Shown here: positions 8,573 through 11,387 of the stretch, piece by piece | Numbering within the stretch: position 1 is the first letter of the stretch | How the letters are laid out: each line of letters begins with the position of its first letter | NCBI GenBank assembly: GCA_965233585.1 | Contig: CBDDTI010000118.1 | Span: forward strand, 1 to 11,387 | Reading direction: 5' to 3' | Source: a bacterium | GTDB taxonomy: Bacteria > SAR324 > NAC60-12 | Length of the DNA stretch: 11,387 nt | Notes under the pieces: model-generated | What the model was told of the DNA's origin: nothing | What the model saw: only the letters and a program-made list of their open reading frames with translations | Database searches by the model: none | Made by a program: the position numbers and the translations under genes

Positions 8573-8854
8573 AAGGCTCCTCACACCAGACATGGATAAA
8601 TGTTTTTGAACAATAGTTTCATCCGATTAAATTTAACTATAAGCCTTTATAAACGACAAGGAGATTATAAATCTTCGCGGAGAAAGAACGAAGGAAAGAA
8701 AACAGCGCCCTGTGTTCAAAACGCCCGCCATTTGGATCGGCACGCCAGCGTGGATTTAGAAATCTCACACAAAACAGCCCCGAAACTGATTGAAAAAAGG
8801 TTCCTTGGACACTGATTTAAGTTTTGAAAGACACTAAATTTCGGGGAAGCACCC
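8573..8854. mobile_element. Possible Kolobok-type non-autonomous element
   Basis: TTAA on both sides (8569-8572, 8855-8858) with purine-purine start and pyrimidine-pyrimidine end. TIR similarity is weak. Confidence 0.35.
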
Positions 8855-9000
8855 TTAATCGAGCTAATAACGTTTGTTGTTCTTGTTGTCGCTGCTAACG
8901 TTGTTGTTGCCTGAAATTTGAAAACAGGGTTAGCAAAGATGAGGATTCAATCTACTACTTGGCAATTAAAAACAATAAAATTCGTCCAAAGGCCAATTAA

Positions 9001-9976
9001 GAGCCTATATCTGACCCCGGGCAGTAAGTTAATGGTCCCTAGAAGCATTCCAACAAGTCGAAATTTAAAATGACGCAAATTTTAGAGCATTTATTCAGTA
9101 ACCTGACTTCCGGCGAAGTTTCAAAGCGGTGTCGTTTCGGTCTAGAAATTTTTAAGTTGAGTTCGCTGCAGCGATAGAGTGCCTGGTTTAGGGGCAGATC
9201 TAGGGTCGATCTAGGGGAGGGTGCAGGGGGTGCGCACCCCTCCCTGATATGACCTACGGCTTTCTAATACAACTGGTATTCTGCAGAAGAACGTGGTTTA
9301 TTGGAGTTAGTCACGCTATTCCTTAGTGGTGTACCCCCTCCTAAAAAAGATCCTGGATCCGCCCCTGTGGTTAAGGCTTACATAGCAACTTAAATAGTCA
9401 GCAAAACACTACTTTTTCCGCGGTCCGATAAACAACAGGATTTCGCATGGAATAGACAACAAACTGAATGAAACAGTGCACAACTTGTCACCTTATCTGC
9501 ACAAAGTCGACTGGCCTATGGTTCAATGCCATTAGAGCCCGCTGAAACTAGACCTAGATCTAATTTTCCCGAGTAGAGAGTTGCTTTTTCCAAGGTACGA
9601 GCAGCTAAGCGCTAAACACAGACGAAACAATATTAATGGCTGGCACAGACTATTTAATTTACCGAAACGGCAGTTAAACAACACTTCACATACCTGTCAG
9701 CACCATGCAGAAATCACACAAGCACACACTTTCGCGGTACTGATGAGACTATCCACAACCACGCATAATCTTCCCACGCTCAACATGAGCGAAATATCAT
9801 GATCATCGAATAACTCGGAAAAACTCAACCTATTGGCAAATAAACACCTCTGGACTTTTCTCTTACACTCGTCTTATGTAAGTTCCCGGATGTACAGTCA
9901 CGCGCTGGCGGGGAACACATTAAAACTAATTTTCACACGGAAAAAACTAAGTCTTGGCCCGGGTCAACGTTAACCT
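9001..9976. mobile_element. Possible Kolobok-type non-autonomous element hosting the 9189-9367 MITE
   Basis: Subterminal inverted motif TGACCCCGGGC (9012-9022) / GCCCGGGTCA (9957-9966). TTAA on the left, only GCAA on the right. Confidence 0.35.
9189..9367. mobile_element. MITE with (C/T)AGGGGCRGATC…GATCCGCCCCTG termini
   Basis: 14-bp imperfect TIRs. TGGTT on both flanks (9184-9188, 9368-9372). Small internal duplication of GATCTAGGG. Confidence 0.8.
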
Positions 9977-10010
9977 GCAAGCTTGCTCTCGCCTAATTCA
10001 TTTGACTCCT

Positions 10011-10205
10011 AATAGCCTGTTCCCGAGGCCAAAGACTTAGTGATCACCTTAGAAAAGCCAACAGCATCGCACCTTTCCGTCTCAGCCCGAATCAGGGTCA
10101 TGATTCGGGCCACACCTAGATTAGCTAGCTACCTGTGGGCATGTCGAACTTGTTAAAATATTTATTAGAAAATAAAGAAATGTATGTATGTATGGATGGA
10201 TGGAT
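10011..10205 (+). mobile_element. Degenerate 3' end of a CR1/L2-group LINE
   Basis: Broken peptide NSLFPR (10011-10028) / LSDHLRKANSIAPFRLS (10036-10086) resembles the ORF2 C-terminus of this group. Followed by hairpin GCCCGAATCA-6nt-TGATTCGGGC (10085-10110), AATAAA (10171) and an (ATGT)/(ATGG) microsatellite tail. Confidence 0.6.
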
Positions 10206-10227
10206 CCGTTTAGCCAAATGAAAATAG

Positions 10228-10833
10228 AACTATTCACCGAAGTGGAGGTGGCTAGCGGTGGATATTTACCGAGCCGCGAACCGGCGAGGTAAATATCCAA
10301 CGCTAGCCACCGACACTGAGGTGAATAGTTGTTTTAGTATATACTAAGACAGTGGGATAATATACACCACAAAAAATTAATTTGGATGATTTCTCCACTT
10401 GTCACGGATGTAAACTGGGACACCATTTCTCCCGAGTTGCTCGAAGGTAAATAATTAACAATTATCCTGCGAAATCGCGCGGAATATCGTCTGATACTTA
10501 GCCGACGAGGCCGTAGGCCGAGTCGGCTAAAATCAGACGATATTCCGCGAGATTGAGCAGGATAATTGTTTTATTATTCAACAAATTGATAACAAAACTC
10601 GTAACATTTTTAAATCTTTCTGTCGACATTTTTTCACTTCACTTTTTCTTCCCACGTACGAAGCTACGTATATCGCCGGATATACGTTACCTACGGATGA
10701 CAGATATCGAGAGCATCATGACCATATTTGGATAGTGTTACAATTTGTTGAATAATAACACAGGATATTCGGAGTTTGACAAGACTATTAGCGCGCGCGT
10801 TTGACACTCTCCACTGTTTTAGTATATACTAAA
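10228..10833 (+). mobile_element. Hairpin/asymmetric-IR element C (host of element D)
   Basis: Hairpin 10228-10330 centred on CGAGCCGCGAACCGGCGAG (10270-10288). IR pair TTAGTATATACTAAGACAGTGG (10334-10355) / CCACTGTTTTAGTATATACTAA (10811-10832). Confidence 0.75.
10455..10758 (+). mobile_element. Hairpin/asymmetric-IR element D nested in C
   Basis: Hairpin 10457-10570 centred on CGAGGCCGTAGGCCGAG (10506-10522). Perfect 17-bp IR TATTATTCAACAAATTG (10572-10588) / CAATTTGTTGAATAATA (10741-10757). AATAA direct repeat at both junctions (10450-10454, 10754-10758). Confidence 0.78.
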
Positions 10834-11051
10834 TTACGATATTGGCCGATGCAGACTCTGCCAATCATAATAACTTTGTCCCATCTCAGAGCTTTACATG
10901 ATGCTCTCCGGGAAACTTTTCTCAAGGTGACCAATATCTAAAAGTAAACTGCTAAACGGCACCGAAACCAGCTTAATTTTAGGCGTGTACTGATTTCAAA
11001 TAACTGTCACTTGTATTAAAGAGAGAATTGTGGGTAGGGACAAAAAACATA

Positions 11052-11080
11052 GGGGCGGGCCGGGGCGGGTGTGGGGTGGG
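11052..11080 (+). promoter_or_regulatory. GC-box cluster / G-quadruplex-capable motif
   Basis: GGGGCGGGCCGGGGCGGGTGTGGGGTGGG: six G-runs and two Sp/KLF-type GGGGCGGG boxes. Confidence 0.4.
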
Positions 11081-11387
11081 CGTTAACTATGCCTACATCC
11101 TCTTGTAAACAAATCCCTAACCAGAAAGCAAGCAAAAAAAAATCGACATCAGCCGTGAACAACACGGTAAACCAGCTACTATTAGACAGGGGAAGTTGTG
11201 AAAAGTTACACAAAAGTTTAGGTATATGTACATGGCTGCCATAGAAACGTCAAAGTAACCAAGCAGTTGTCACACCAAAATATGTCCACTGACTTGGGAA
11301 AAATCCTAAAATTTGAATTTTGTTTCAAATCAGAGCTAGCACCTGCTGTCACACTTACGTTGTAACACATAACAGTAATTACCTATG

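Noticed and set aside
8600..9802. ORFs of 71 and 73 aa as Kolobok or THAP proteins
   Set aside because: No C2CH THAP or DDE pattern is visible.

Overview
AT-rich eukaryotic DNA. The repeat landscape resembles a scleractinian coral or other anthozoan, which is an inference from remembered repeat families and not a database result. The only convincing host coding sequence is a minus-strand terminal exon (about 3157-2773) encoding the C-terminal half of a pentraxin domain; no upstream exon is recognisable in the window. Most of the rest is nested non-autonomous mobile DNA. This includes a tRNA-derived SINE with a 14-bp TSD, a fresh Penelope-like insertion forming a perfect 130-bp-arm palindrome with a minimal hammerhead ribozyme on each strand, a solo LTR (5-bp TSD) carrying two further insertions, several MITEs and a LINE 3' end. 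The most striking signal is four elements of unrelated sequence that share one architecture. Each has a long terminal hairpin with strand-specific tandem GA/GA mismatches (three also have a GNA triloop), followed by an asymmetric inverted-repeat pair. This suggests a mobile family recognised as folded single-stranded DNA. Second, the LTR carries an array of covarying mini-hairpins with GGAG-like loops.
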